Virus record (IMG/VR): IMGVR_UViG_3300031414_000005
DNA from: a virus
Lineage: Duplodnaviria > Caudoviricetes
Strand: one strand, 5' to 3'
Length of the DNA stretch: 64,000 bases
Shown here piece after piece: positions 17,634 through 27,200 of this stretch. Under the pieces are notes generated by a model that was not told where the DNA came from, ran no database searches, and worked only from the letters and a program-made list of their open reading frames with translations. The stretch's first letter is position 1. Each line of letters begins with the position of its first letter. Position numbers and translations under genes: made by a program.

Positions 17634-18041
17634 ATGAAACTGGAAATCTGTAATGTACGGGCTATTAACGGCAACCAGCAAGTTGTCCACGATGCAATGG
17701 AAGCTTTACTGGATCGCCCGCTGGGTGAACTCAATCCTGACCGACGACGTAAACCACAAGAAACCCTGGAACAGTACAACTCGCGCTTTGCTGAGATCAG
17801 CGATGAACGACAGTGCTGGAAACTGGTTGATTGGGATATGTCACTGCGTCGTATTGGTGCGGACTCATTTTGGGTGGTGATCGGCGATGTCGAATTCCTG
17901 GACAATGCCGTCGGTCAATCCGCGCAAAAGGTTCTTCAGCAAAAGCAGTCGTGTCGCATCGTACCCCGTACCACATCTTCAGATATCTCCGGTACTCATT
18001 TGTCTGAGTTATTCGCTGTCGACATCATTGTCACACAGTAG
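17634..18041 (+). CDS. hypothetical protein
   Basis: GGGG RBS. Confidence 0.7.
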   Translation: MKLEICNVRAINGNQQVVHDAMEALLDRPLGELNPDRRRKPQETLEQYNSRFAEISDERQCWKLVDWDMSLRRIGADSFWVVIGDVEFLDNAVGQSAQKVLQQKQSCRIVPRTTSSDISGTHLSELFAVDIIVTQ

Positions 18042-18138
18042 GATAAAACACCTGAAGGGGAGAGGCGTGAGTCTCTCCCCGTTTGAGAAAGTTTATACAA
18101 CTGTGATTGGTTGTATGTTTTGCAGGGAACCTTCTACT

Positions 18139-18771
18139 ATGTTCAGTAAACCTTTCAATGCCCGTCATTATCAAATTGATTTCACCCGAGATGACCGTGG
18201 TGCAATGGTGTACCTCGACATCTTCCGTCAAGGGCGTCATGGGGGTCGTCGTGAGCTCGTGACAGAGCTGCGCCGTATTGATGCCCGTAACCCCATGCGA
18301 CGCAACAGCGACCGCGACAAGCACTTCCTGTTCACCGATGCAAGCTCTCAACAACATCAAGTGATGGGCATTAAAAACAACAGCGGTGAGTTAGCCCATG
18401 AACAGATCTTCGATATCCTGGTGATCAACGATATCGCTAACCCTAACAAACCTTTAGGACGCCCTATGAGCAATGAAAAGCAGTACAGTCTGGCTGAGTT
18501 GCAAAAGATCTATGACAGCCTGCGCCACCGTGAACAGCAGTTAACTCATACGTTAAATTCTTTACAGATGACCGGTGTTACCGGTCCCCGTGAACACACC
18601 AAATTTCAGGATGTCAGTGCCGCTTATGAAGCCATTAAATCGGAAGCAGCAGGCGTGGAGAGACTGGTACGTCGGCTACGTGAAGTCGACCCCTCATTCG
18701 AACCCTTACCCACCACGCTGGACGCACAGCGTAGCCAACACGTGTCTAACCTCATTGCTGGGCTGATGTAA
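18139..18771 (+). CDS. hypothetical protein with internal RBS/ATG at 18466 and coiled-coil-like C-half
   Basis: 3' part of track ORF 17887..18771; AGGGA upstream of 18139. Confidence 0.6.
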   Translation: MFSKPFNARHYQIDFTRDDRGAMVYLDIFRQGRHGGRRELVTELRRIDARNPMRRNSDRDKHFLFTDASSQQHQVMGIKNNSGELAHEQIFDILVINDIANPNKPLGRPMSNEKQYSLAELQKIYDSLRHREQQLTHTLNSLQMTGVTGPREHTKFQDVSAAYEAIKSEAAGVERLVRRLREVDPSFEPLPTTLDAQRSQHVSNLIAGLM

Positions 18772-18774
18772 TCC

Positions 18775-18798
18775 AGAGGAGCCAATGGCTCCTCTTTT
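18775..18798 (+). terminator. intrinsic terminator
   Basis: AGAGGAGCC-AAT-GGCTCCTCT-TTT. Confidence 0.85.
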
Positions 18799-18808
18799 CA
18801 GGCCAAGC

Positions 18809-18843
18809 GTAAATATTCACAGACCTATATTACCTGTGTGTAA
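18809..18843 (+). promoter_or_regulatory. phiKZ-type early promoter (class A)
   Basis: GTAA-N12-CTATATTAC-N4-GTGTA. Confidence 0.8.
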
Positions 18844-18879
18844 TCTCACCCATCTACTTTCTAATGAAGAGGACTTCTC

Positions 18880-19599
18880 ATGTCAACGAAAACTACCCTG
18901 TCTCTGCAACTGTCTCACACTGATCTGCTGGCGCTGGAAGCCGTAGCGGGTTATAACACTGACCGCCTGGCGGACGTTGTAACGGGTATGGTCAAAACCC
19001 AACTAACCCAGCTTCAGCACTCCGGTACCGTTTTAAGTTTCCACAGTGCTGATCACCTGGATAATATTCCTGCGGTTTCCGGCCGCGCTGTTGGCGCTGG
19101 CATGATGCTGGCGATGGGTTTTATCGATATGGCAGTGGCTGGGGCAGGCGGTCAGCTGACATCAGCGGTGATGCCGGTGCTTTTCCGACTGATCGGTAAA
19201 ATCGATAATGACTACCTCGTGGCGATGACTGAAATCCGTCCCAACGCATTCCGTCGTCATATCGTTAACGGTCGCGAAACTCTGTTTACCGAAGAACAGT
19301 TAAAAGGTTGCACGCCTGTGTTCACTGCGGTACGGGGTCAACTGGGTGAAGGTCAGCTGGCGGTATACCCTCAGGTTGGCCCGCATAACTACATGCAGCA
19401 CGATCTGTCCCAGTCTCCCGTCTACCGCGTACCCGCTACAGCAATCTACGGTGTGCCCGATGTGGTGCGTCAAGAGCTGGAAAGCTTTGGTGGGGCACAA
19501 GCCCATGCAGGCGCTCAGTACACAGGGGAGCGCCCTGGCGGTAGCCATGGTTCCTGGAACACGAACAACGGCGGGATGTTCAACGGTCGTGGGTGGTAA
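18880..19599 (+). CDS. hypothetical early protein with Gly-rich tail
   Basis: GAGGA RBS; first gene after an early promoter. Confidence 0.8.
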   Translation: MSTKTTLSLQLSHTDLLALEAVAGYNTDRLADVVTGMVKTQLTQLQHSGTVLSFHSADHLDNIPAVSGRAVGAGMMLAMGFIDMAVAGAGGQLTSAVMPVLFRLIGKIDNDYLVAMTEIRPNAFRRHIVNGRETLFTEEQLKGCTPVFTAVRGQLGEGQLAVYPQVGPHNYMQHDLSQSPVYRVPATAIYGVPDVVRQELESFGGAQAHAGAQYTGERPGGSHGSWNTNNGGMFNGRGW

Positions 19600-19738
19600 T
19601 CTGTAATCCCGGACATCGTTAACGATGGTATAGACTGACGTCTCCCTTTCCTTATTCTTTGTTACTAAGCGAGCTAACGCTAACGTGAACAAAGCGTAGC
19701 TAGGGAGATATGATGCAATTTACAAAAGGATTATTAGT

Positions 19739-20509
19739 ATGACCAGTGAGTATAAGGTCCGGGGGTTTAACTTCCTTAAAACCGCAGAGCAAGGTGACAT
19801 CACTGAAGGTTTTGAGATGCGCAGTATCCTGGAGATCGTAGAACAGGCTGTGCTGACATCAGATGAACCTTGCGCCGTTTATCAATTGACAGACGAAAAC
19901 GATCAGGTCATCGGGATGTTGCAAGACATCTTACTACCCCCTTCACCGCATCAGGCCCTGTTATTTCGCGCCGGCCTTTCACATATTTGTTTCGAAAACA
20001 GCCTGACCGGGACCATGCAATTCGAAAACCTGGGTGGCACTTATTCAGCATACCTGCATCGTCTGGAAGACCATGACGCTGTTTTCAACTTCCTGGAAGC
20101 GTTCTTTATCGATAACAGCAAGATGAAAGGTCCGGGTGGGTTGTTTGAAGTACCGGCCCCTATTGATAACGCGGTAGCTGCCATCGACCGCAGTGACCTC
20201 ATCACCCTGATCAATCGTGTCTATGAACGTTGTGTGGAATTAGACATCAATCACTTCCCAACCCGGTCACGGGCGTTGTCTTTGCGATTGACCAAGCTTG
20301 ATGATGAGCAACTCCGCCTTGAACTCCGTTGGGTGGTGGGTCAGCTCAATGCCATTGAACAGAAGCTCGCGTTGGATAAGCAATGTGTGCCAATTGACCA
20401 AGACACACTGGACGCGGTTACAATTGCGGCTAACCTGGTCGTTGGGCGTTCAATCGCACACGGCATGTCAGTCTCCAACTTTGAATCAGCGAATATCAAA
20501 GGTAAATAA
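19739..20509 (+). CDS. hypothetical protein
   Basis: 256 aa ORF; AAGGA RBS. Confidence 0.75.
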   Translation: MTSEYKVRGFNFLKTAEQGDITEGFEMRSILEIVEQAVLTSDEPCAVYQLTDENDQVIGMLQDILLPPSPHQALLFRAGLSHICFENSLTGTMQFENLGGTYSAYLHRLEDHDAVFNFLEAFFIDNSKMKGPGGLFEVPAPIDNAVAAIDRSDLITLINRVYERCVELDINHFPTRSRALSLRLTKLDDEQLRLELRWVVGQLNAIEQKLALDKQCVPIDQDTLDAVTIAANLVVGRSIAHGMSVSNFESANIKGK

Positions 20510-20511
20510 CC

Positions 20512-20796
20512 ATGGGTAAGAAGTCGTCTGAAAAGAAAGCGCGGTTGCAGGGTATTCCTGCCTCGCCGAAGAAAACCGAACTGATGGTGAAACCCAATCC
20601 CCCGGGACCAAAGTTTGTGAACCGTTTACAACGGGCAACCATCTGGCTGGGCCGTAACCATGCCGGTGTCGGTCACAGCGGCTTTCATCTGGAGTTCGAA
20701 GCGGAAGGTGACCAGGTCGATGTCATCATGCCTTCGCTGGAAGAAACCATCCGCACCCACATTAACCTGAAACGACACGGAGCTATCTCGGCATGA
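20512..20796 (+). CDS. hypothetical protein
   Basis: Operon packing. Confidence 0.65.
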   Translation: MGKKSSEKKARLQGIPASPKKTELMVKPNPPGPKFVNRLQRATIWLGRNHAGVGHSGFHLEFEAEGDQVDVIMPSLEETIRTHINLKRHGAISA

Positions 20797-21044
20797 TTGG
20801 TATTCCCCTTTTAAAAGCACAAGTTACTGTTATGCCAATTGTCCAGGTTGTTCCCATGGACAACGGCGAGTACGACGTCATCTGCACCAACGGGCGTCTG
20901 CGTCTGAGTCGCCCGAACCTGATCGTGGATATCCCGTCAGTCGGTAACTACGTTATTATTCCGGATCACCGTCTGGGCCTTCCAATGTTTGTGTTAACCG
21001 AAGAACGCTACCAGCTGTTCATCGATCAAAATCTGCCAACATAA
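20793..21044 (+). CDS. hypothetical protein
   Basis: ATGA overlap; GGAG RBS. Confidence 0.65.
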   Translation: MIGIPLLKAQVTVMPIVQVVPMDNGEYDVICTNGRLRLSRPNLIVDIPSVGNYVIIPDHRLGLPMFVLTEERYQLFIDQNLPT

Positions 21045-21204
21045 CAATCTATTAGGGGCCGATGGGGAAACCTGTCGGTCCCTTTCCATTCATGTGTTAT
21101 TTTTTTTGGTGTCCCTCCATGACCACTGTGAAGTTCTTTTGCTATTGGGCGTGCCTCATGCTGGTCATGATCGCCGCCACACACCGGTACTACGGAGACT
21201 TCTA

Positions 21205-21414
21205 ATGAAAGAGATCACTGCTTATCAACACGCGGTCAGGATGGGTTTCGTGGGCAGTGAGCCAGAGTTCAATGGATTCATCAGTGAGATCTGGTTGATT
21301 GACCATTTACGTGATCAACCGGTCCGCATGAGCTTTGCTAAGGATGCCCCACCGGAGTTATTGAAATGGGTGCCAGGTCGTCCAACTTCCAATTTCATTA
21401 CCGTTCCAATGTAA
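21205..21414 (+). CDS. small protein starting with one degenerate tail fibre repeat
   Basis: MKEITAYQHAVRMGFVGSEPEF; GGAG RBS. Confidence 0.6.
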   Translation: MKEITAYQHAVRMGFVGSEPEFNGFISEIWLIDHLRDQPVRMSFAKDAPPELLKWVPGRPTSNFITVPM

Positions 21415-21420
21415 CCTGCC

Positions 21421-21448
21421 AGAGGCTCCCGTAATGGGAGCCTCTTTT
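21421..21448 (+). terminator. intrinsic terminator
   Basis: AGAGGCTCCC-GTAAT-GGGAGCCTCT-TTT. Confidence 0.85.
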
Positions 21449-21473
21449 AATGCGTTTATTTTTTTTTGCTGAA

Positions 21474-21481
21474 ATCGTATG
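21474..21481 (+). promoter_or_regulatory. candidate late promoter (ATCGTATG)
   Basis: TATG core as in phiKZ late promoters; precedes a structural gene; same 8-mer at 23596 (+) and 54901 (-). Confidence 0.55.
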
Positions 21482-21533
21482 TAGTATTTTACATAGGCTA
21501 CAAACATCACTACCAACCTCTGAGGAATGGACC

Positions 21534-22355
21534 ATGCCTTTACTAACTAAATCTCCATTTGCTGAGATCTTGGCGGAAATCAATACCAAGAACAACACCA
21601 CTTTGACCGCAGCCGATGTGAAGTTAACCATGTCGAACCCGGGCAGTGCGGTGAACACCGATCTTGTGGTTTCCCCGGCGACCGGCTCGCGTTACACCAA
21701 CCAGAAAAAAGTGCAGTATCACCGTCGTGATATCGCCAAATGGTTTACCGGAATCACGGTGCGTGTGGATGCAGCAGAAGCCAGTACTTTCGGCGATGTG
21801 ATTACCCTCCTGAACACCCGCTACGGTTTGCAGTTCACCGACAACGATTTCTCGGCCAGTGTCCGTAACCAGAAAGTGACTTACGGATCACAGAGCCAGC
21901 TGAACCTCAGCATCCAGATTGACGAAGCCAACTCCATGGGGTGGGTCGGGGCATTGACCGTGTTGTCTGTGGACCCAGGCTCGCAGCTCGACATGATCAT
22001 CACCACGACCCAGATGGACGGCCTGAAGTACGCCGACGGGGGCGACGGTACCTTGCCGTCTGCGGCGGTCCGCACTTACCCGAACAACTACTCCCCGCAA
22101 ACCACCGCGTTGAAAACCGTGGCCACGGGTGCTGGCACTATCAGTGCGACCCTGGCGGATGCGTTACTGGCACTCACCCCGATGCAAAGTGGGGACGCCC
22201 CGTTTGTGCAGGCTGACATCACTTCAGCCAACGTGCAGTACAACGGACCAACCAGCGGGTATGCCAACGCAAATACCGCGTACAGCAACGTGGTGGTCGC
22301 CCGCTGCACCAACGGCAAGTTCTACGGTAATTTCATGTTCCACTACAACGTGTGA
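21534..22355 (+). CDS. phiKZ-like virion structural protein (tail/baseplate paralog family)
   Basis: EIN.KN, YHRRDIAKWF and LNTRYGLQF pattern shared with 22423, 23677 and 28358; GAGGA RBS. Confidence 0.75.
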   Translation: MPLLTKSPFAEILAEINTKNNTTLTAADVKLTMSNPGSAVNTDLVVSPATGSRYTNQKKVQYHRRDIAKWFTGITVRVDAAEASTFGDVITLLNTRYGLQFTDNDFSASVRNQKVTYGSQSQLNLSIQIDEANSMGWVGALTVLSVDPGSQLDMIITTTQMDGLKYADGGDGTLPSAAVRTYPNNYSPQTTALKTVATGAGTISATLADALLALTPMQSGDAPFVQADITSANVQYNGPTSGYANANTAYSNVVVARCTNGKFYGNFMFHYNV

Positions 22356-22374
22356 TTATCGGGCCTTAACTGAC

Positions 22375-22398
22375 AGCGGTGGCGACACCGCTTTCTTT
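22375..22398 (+). terminator. intrinsic terminator
   Basis: AGCGGTG-GCGA-CACCGCT-TTCTTT. Confidence 0.7.
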
Positions 22399-22422
22399 AC
22401 CTTCGGCTAAGAGGATGTCAGT

Positions 22423-23580
22423 ATGAGCCTGATGATCATGACACCGGTGCAGGAGTTGGTGGATTTGATCAATCGCGTGAACATGAGTAAGATCAAACCT
22501 GAAGGGGTGCAATTCACAAGCCCCGACAATACCACCTTGCAGGATATGACCCGCATCACCATCCAACCGATGAGCAACGTGAACGAATACGGTGGCACTA
22601 AACTGATTCGTTATCGTCGACGTGACATTGCCAAGTTTTTTCTCGGGGTGCAGCAAACGTACACCGCGACCTCCCGAGCAAACACCACCATGACCGAAAT
22701 CTTGCAGGCGACCCTGGCGAAGTACCGCATTGCAATGGACGGGATGGTGGTAGGGGGTGGGAGCACCACCGTGAATTTTCGTTACGGTGACACCGTCATG
22801 GTGAACGTAGAACTGGATAACACCAACTCCATGACCTGGAAGGGGACGTTGCCGGTGAAGGTCACTCTGTACGAACCGGTCCCTTACCCAACCGATGTGA
22901 ATGCCTTCTGGAACGGGGTCATGGAAACCACCACCCCTGCGGTGCTGAACCTTCCTTACCCTAATAAAGGTAACCTGACCAGCCTGGCGTATTACATCAA
23001 CGGGGTGAAAGTGACCCCGGTTATTAACACCACCACCAAGACGGTCACCACCACGGCCAGTTACCCGGCCGGGCGGTACACCGTGTCCGTTCGGGCAACA
23101 GCCGGCGGACCTTATGACATGCTCTGCACCACCACCAAACTGGTGGAGTTGTTGTCACCCTGGAAAATTCCGATCACCACGTCGGTGTTGGGATTGGTCG
23201 GGGGAACCAACACCGTGAGTAAACTGGCAGGGTGCACCCTGTTGCGCAAGATCCCCTCGGACATGTTTCAGTATTGTGGTCCCCTGACCGGGACCGATGG
23301 GTGGTTTGAGGGGTGCACGATGTTACAGGGGTTACCAGCCGGGTTGTTTGCCCCACTGGTGAACCTGAAGTCCGCCACGTCGATGTTCAGGAATTGCCCG
23401 ACCATCACGGTGGTTCAGCCCCGCTTCGTGGCCAACTCCCCACTGCTGTTAAACGTGGATGCCATGTTCCGGGGTTGCAGTGCGTTGACCAAAGACAACG
23501 TCCCGGCGAACCCGTGGGAAGGAACATTGATTCCCGGGTTAGGCAACGGGGTGATGACCGGCGTCTTTGACTGGCAGTAG
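22423..23580 (+). CDS. virion structural paralog with C-terminal BspA/DUF285-like LRR domain
   Basis: YRRRDIAKFF N-domain; C-terminal repeats such as IPSDMFQYC, LPAGLFAP..NL..ATSMFRNC and VDAMFRGC..L. Confidence 0.7.
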   Translation: MSLMIMTPVQELVDLINRVNMSKIKPEGVQFTSPDNTTLQDMTRITIQPMSNVNEYGGTKLIRYRRRDIAKFFLGVQQTYTATSRANTTMTEILQATLAKYRIAMDGMVVGGGSTTVNFRYGDTVMVNVELDNTNSMTWKGTLPVKVTLYEPVPYPTDVNAFWNGVMETTTPAVLNLPYPNKGNLTSLAYYINGVKVTPVINTTTKTVTTTASYPAGRYTVSVRATAGGPYDMLCTTTKLVELLSPWKIPITTSVLGLVGGTNTVSKLAGCTLLRKIPSDMFQYCGPLTGTDGWFEGCTMLQGLPAGLFAPLVNLKSATSMFRNCPTITVVQPRFVANSPLLLNVDAMFRGCSALTKDNVPANPWEGTLIPGLGNGVMTGVFDWQ

Positions 23581-23595
23581 CATGTATTTTTGAAC

Positions 23596-23603
23596 ATCGT
23601 ATG
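23596..23603 (+). promoter_or_regulatory. candidate late promoter (ATCGTATG)
   Basis: Identical 8-mer to 21474; precedes a structural gene. Confidence 0.5.
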
Positions 23604-23629
23604 TGTTTCGACACTCGTGCAAGTCTGAT

Positions 23630-23660
23630 GGCGGTAGCGAGAGTTACCGCCTTCTTTATT
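23630..23660 (+). terminator. terminator-like hairpin
   Basis: GGCGGTAGC-GAGA-GTTACCGCC-TTCTTT. Confidence 0.7.
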
Positions 23661-23676
23661 TGTTATAGGAACCATT

Positions 23677-24225
23677 ATGGTCAATCTCAACAAACCGGCC
23701 AAGGATCTCATCATTGATCTCCTCAACGAGAGCAACCGTGAGTATCTGGACGCCTTAAAGCTGAAAGATTTGACCGAAGGAAACATTTCACTTGGCACCC
23801 CTTCGGCCAATGAGGAACCTGCTAAGCATAACACGAAGATCGTGGTGAATTCGGTCGTGGGTGGTGGGTTTTATAACTCGGTGCCTGTGAGCTATGATCG
23901 ACTTTCATTGTCAGTGCTTTTCAGTAAATTAAACCAGGTGCGGTTAGATGTCCGTCATCCAACCTCGACATCCGATTTGCTCCCCCGACTGAACAAGAAG
24001 TTTGGCCTGCAATTGTCACCCGATGACATTGTGGTGCAAACCATTACCGGTGCCCGTGGTGACACAGTGACGCTCACTGCTCAACCTGAAGCGCTGTGCT
24101 ATATCGGTTCGGTCGATATTGTTCTTGGGTTCGAATTCTTGCGTGGGGTAATGCTCATGGAAGACGGCCAGCCTATGTTCGAAGAGAACACCGGCAACCC
24201 CATGTTTGAAGAAATCATTGTTTAA
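23677..24225 (+). CDS. virion structural protein (paralog family)
   Basis: IIDLLNESN, YDRLSLSVLF and LNKKFGLQL motifs. Confidence 0.75.
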   Translation: MVNLNKPAKDLIIDLLNESNREYLDALKLKDLTEGNISLGTPSANEEPAKHNTKIVVNSVVGGGFYNSVPVSYDRLSLSVLFSKLNQVRLDVRHPTSTSDLLPRLNKKFGLQLSPDDIVVQTITGARGDTVTLTAQPEALCYIGSVDIVLGFEFLRGVMLMEDGQPMFEENTGNPMFEEIIV

Positions 24226-24239
24226 CGGAGTGACGACAC

Positions 24240-27200
24240 ATGTCCGAAACATCTAAGTACCCTTTAGCTACGGTGCTCAATCCCGACGACACCGTCCAGG
24301 GTTTGCAGAAAGACCCGGCCACCGGGAAATGGATCAACACCAATTTCAAACTCGATCTGTTAAAAGGATTGAACGGCAAATCGGCGTATGAGCTGGCAGT
24401 GGATAACGGCTTTGTGGGTACCGAACAGGAATGGCTTGATTCCATTCTGGGTGCCAACGCCTATGAGGTGGCCAAACTTAATGGCTATAAAGGTACCGCG
24501 CAAGAATGGCTGGCATCTTTAAAAGGGAAAAGCTCATACGAGATCGCGGTCGAGCAGGGCTTCCAAGGCACCGAAGCGGACTTCCTGACCAGCCTGAAAG
24601 GTGATGTGGGTGATCCCGGTGAAAGTGCTTACCAGGTGGCTGTAAAAGAAGGCTTCGTGGGTACTGAAGCCGACTGGCTGAAATCCCTGGTGGGGAAAGC
24701 CGGTGTTCGTATCCTCGGCCCGCTGAACAAAGTCTCCGATTTACCTGACCCAACCAAACAGGTTGAGGGTGACACCTACGTTATCCAGGGTCACTTCTGG
24801 TCGATTGTGAAGAACAACCAAAACCAGCTCGCCTGGCAGGACATCGGTAACTTCCTGGGACCAGTGGGTGCATCTGCTTACCAGGTTGCCGTGGACAACG
24901 GTTTCCAGGGCACCGAACTGGAATGGCTTGACAGCATCCGTGGTCAGGACGGTATTGGTCTGCGTATCCTGGGGTCTTTCCAGGACGTGAGCAACCTGCC
25001 ACAGCCGGGCACCAACAACGGTGACACGTACATCATCAAAGAGAAGATGTATGTCTGGGACGGCACCCAGTGGTCGACAGTGGGTCAGGTCGGTCCGCAA
25101 GGTAAGTCTGCTTACCAGTCTGCGGTGTCCGCAGGTTTCCAGGGGACTGAGGCTCAGTGGCTGAAAACCCTGATCGGTAAATCCGCCTACCAGACGGCCC
25201 TCGATAACGGCTTCACCGGCAGTGAATCAGATTGGTTAACCGCCATGAAGATCAAGGGTGACAAGGGTGATGACGGTGACAGCGCCTATGAGGTCGCTGT
25301 GAAAGAAGGTTTCGTCGGTGATGAAGCTGCTTGGCTCCAGTCATTGAAAGTCAAAGGTGACCAGGGCGAACCGTCGTACGCCATCCGGACCCTCGGGAAG
25401 AAAGCCGATGAGTCTGAACTGCCGCGTGACGGTAGCCAGGCACTGGGCGATGCGTACTGGATCGGCACCGACCTGCATGTCTGGGACGGTACGGACTGGG
25501 AAAACCTCGGCAGCATCAAAGGTGAAAACGGTCTGAGTGCCTTTGAAGTAGCTGTTGCGGAAGGTTACAAAGGCACCACCGCTGAATGGCTGGCCTCCCT
25601 TAAGGGTGGTAAAGGTGATGACGGTGACGACGGTGCTTCGGCTTACCAGTTGGCTGTCAAAAACGGGTTTGTCGGCACGGAAGCGCAGTGGTTAGCCTCA
25701 CTCAAAGTGAAAGGCGACCAAGGTGACTCTGCCTACCAAGTCGCAGTGGCGAATGGATTCACAGGGGATGAGGCTGCGTGGTTGTTGTCTCTGAAAGGTA
25801 ACCCGGGCGACCCTGCTCCGGCGGTGAACCTGATTGACCGCATCACCGACAAGAACGATCTGCCAGCGACCGGCAATAATACTAACGATGCGTACTTCGT
25901 CAATAAAGAGTTGTATGTCTGGCGTAATGGTGCGTGGGTGAGTTTCGGTGACCTGTCGGGTCCTGCCGGTGAGTCAGCTTATGAGCTGGCGGTGGCTGCC
26001 GGGTTCGTGGGTGATCAGCAAGCCTGGTTTGACTCCCTGAAGGTGAAAGGGGATAAAGGCGATGACGGTGACAGTGCGTATGAAGTTGCCGTTAAGAACG
26101 GCTTCCAGGGTGATGTTACAGCCTGGTTAGCCAGCCTGAAAGTCAAAGGCGATCCAGGTCCGTCTGCGTATGACGCAGCAGTAGCCGAAGGTTTCCAAGG
26201 TACACGTGCACAGTGGTTGGCGTCACTGAATGGCAAGACGGCGTACCAGACCGCGCTTGACAATGGCTTCCAGGGAACCGAAGCGCAGTGGCTGGCGTCG
26301 TTGGTCGGTGCTACCGGTAAATCGGCCTACCAGAGTGCGGTGGACAACGGTTATACTGGTACTGAAGCGGATTGGCTGAAGACCCTGGTTGGTAAACAGG
26401 GTGAAGATGCGTATCAGGTTGCGCTGAAGGAAGGCTTTACCGGTGACCGTGCAGCGTGGTTGGATAGCCTGAAAGTCAAAGGCGACAAAGGTGATGATGG
26501 TGAGCCGAGTCCGGGCATCTACATCGACGGGGAAGTGGCACAGGAAAGTGATCTGCCGGCAGGCGGGGCTGACCTCGGTCATGGTTACCTGATCAATGGG
26601 GATTACTGGTACTACCGTCGTTCGGATTCCACCTGGCAGAACGCAGGGCCTATCCGCGGTGAGAAGGGTGGTAAAGGTGATCCGGGTGATGACGGCAAGT
26701 CCGCGTATGAAGTGGCGCAGGCTAACGGCTTCACCGGCAGCGAAGCCGACTGGTTGGTGTCGCTGAAAGGTAACCCGGGGGATAAAGGTGAGCAAGGTAC
26801 TATCTGGATCGTACTGAGCCGTGATCCACAGGCAACCGACGGTCGTAAGGGTGACTACTACTTCAACATGGTCGATCAACAGGTGTACGTTAAGACTTCG
26901 GCTACGGCCTGGTCAAGCCTGGGTCACATTGGGGGTGGTAACCTGTACGATGCGGCGCACGATGATGTGAAGCGTGTGTTGCAGAACGGTGCCTGGGTAG
27001 CGGTGGCGATCGACAGCGATGCAGTGAAAGATGGCACACCGTACGTCCGTCAGGATAATGGTTGGGTCAAACTGGCACTGTCACAAACGCTGATCGCGGG
27101 CACGTTGCCAGCGAATGCGGATGCCGCGGGTCAGTACCTGCTCACCAAGAACGGTTGGGTGCGTTTGGATCACTACGATCTGAAGGTCATTGCCTCCACC

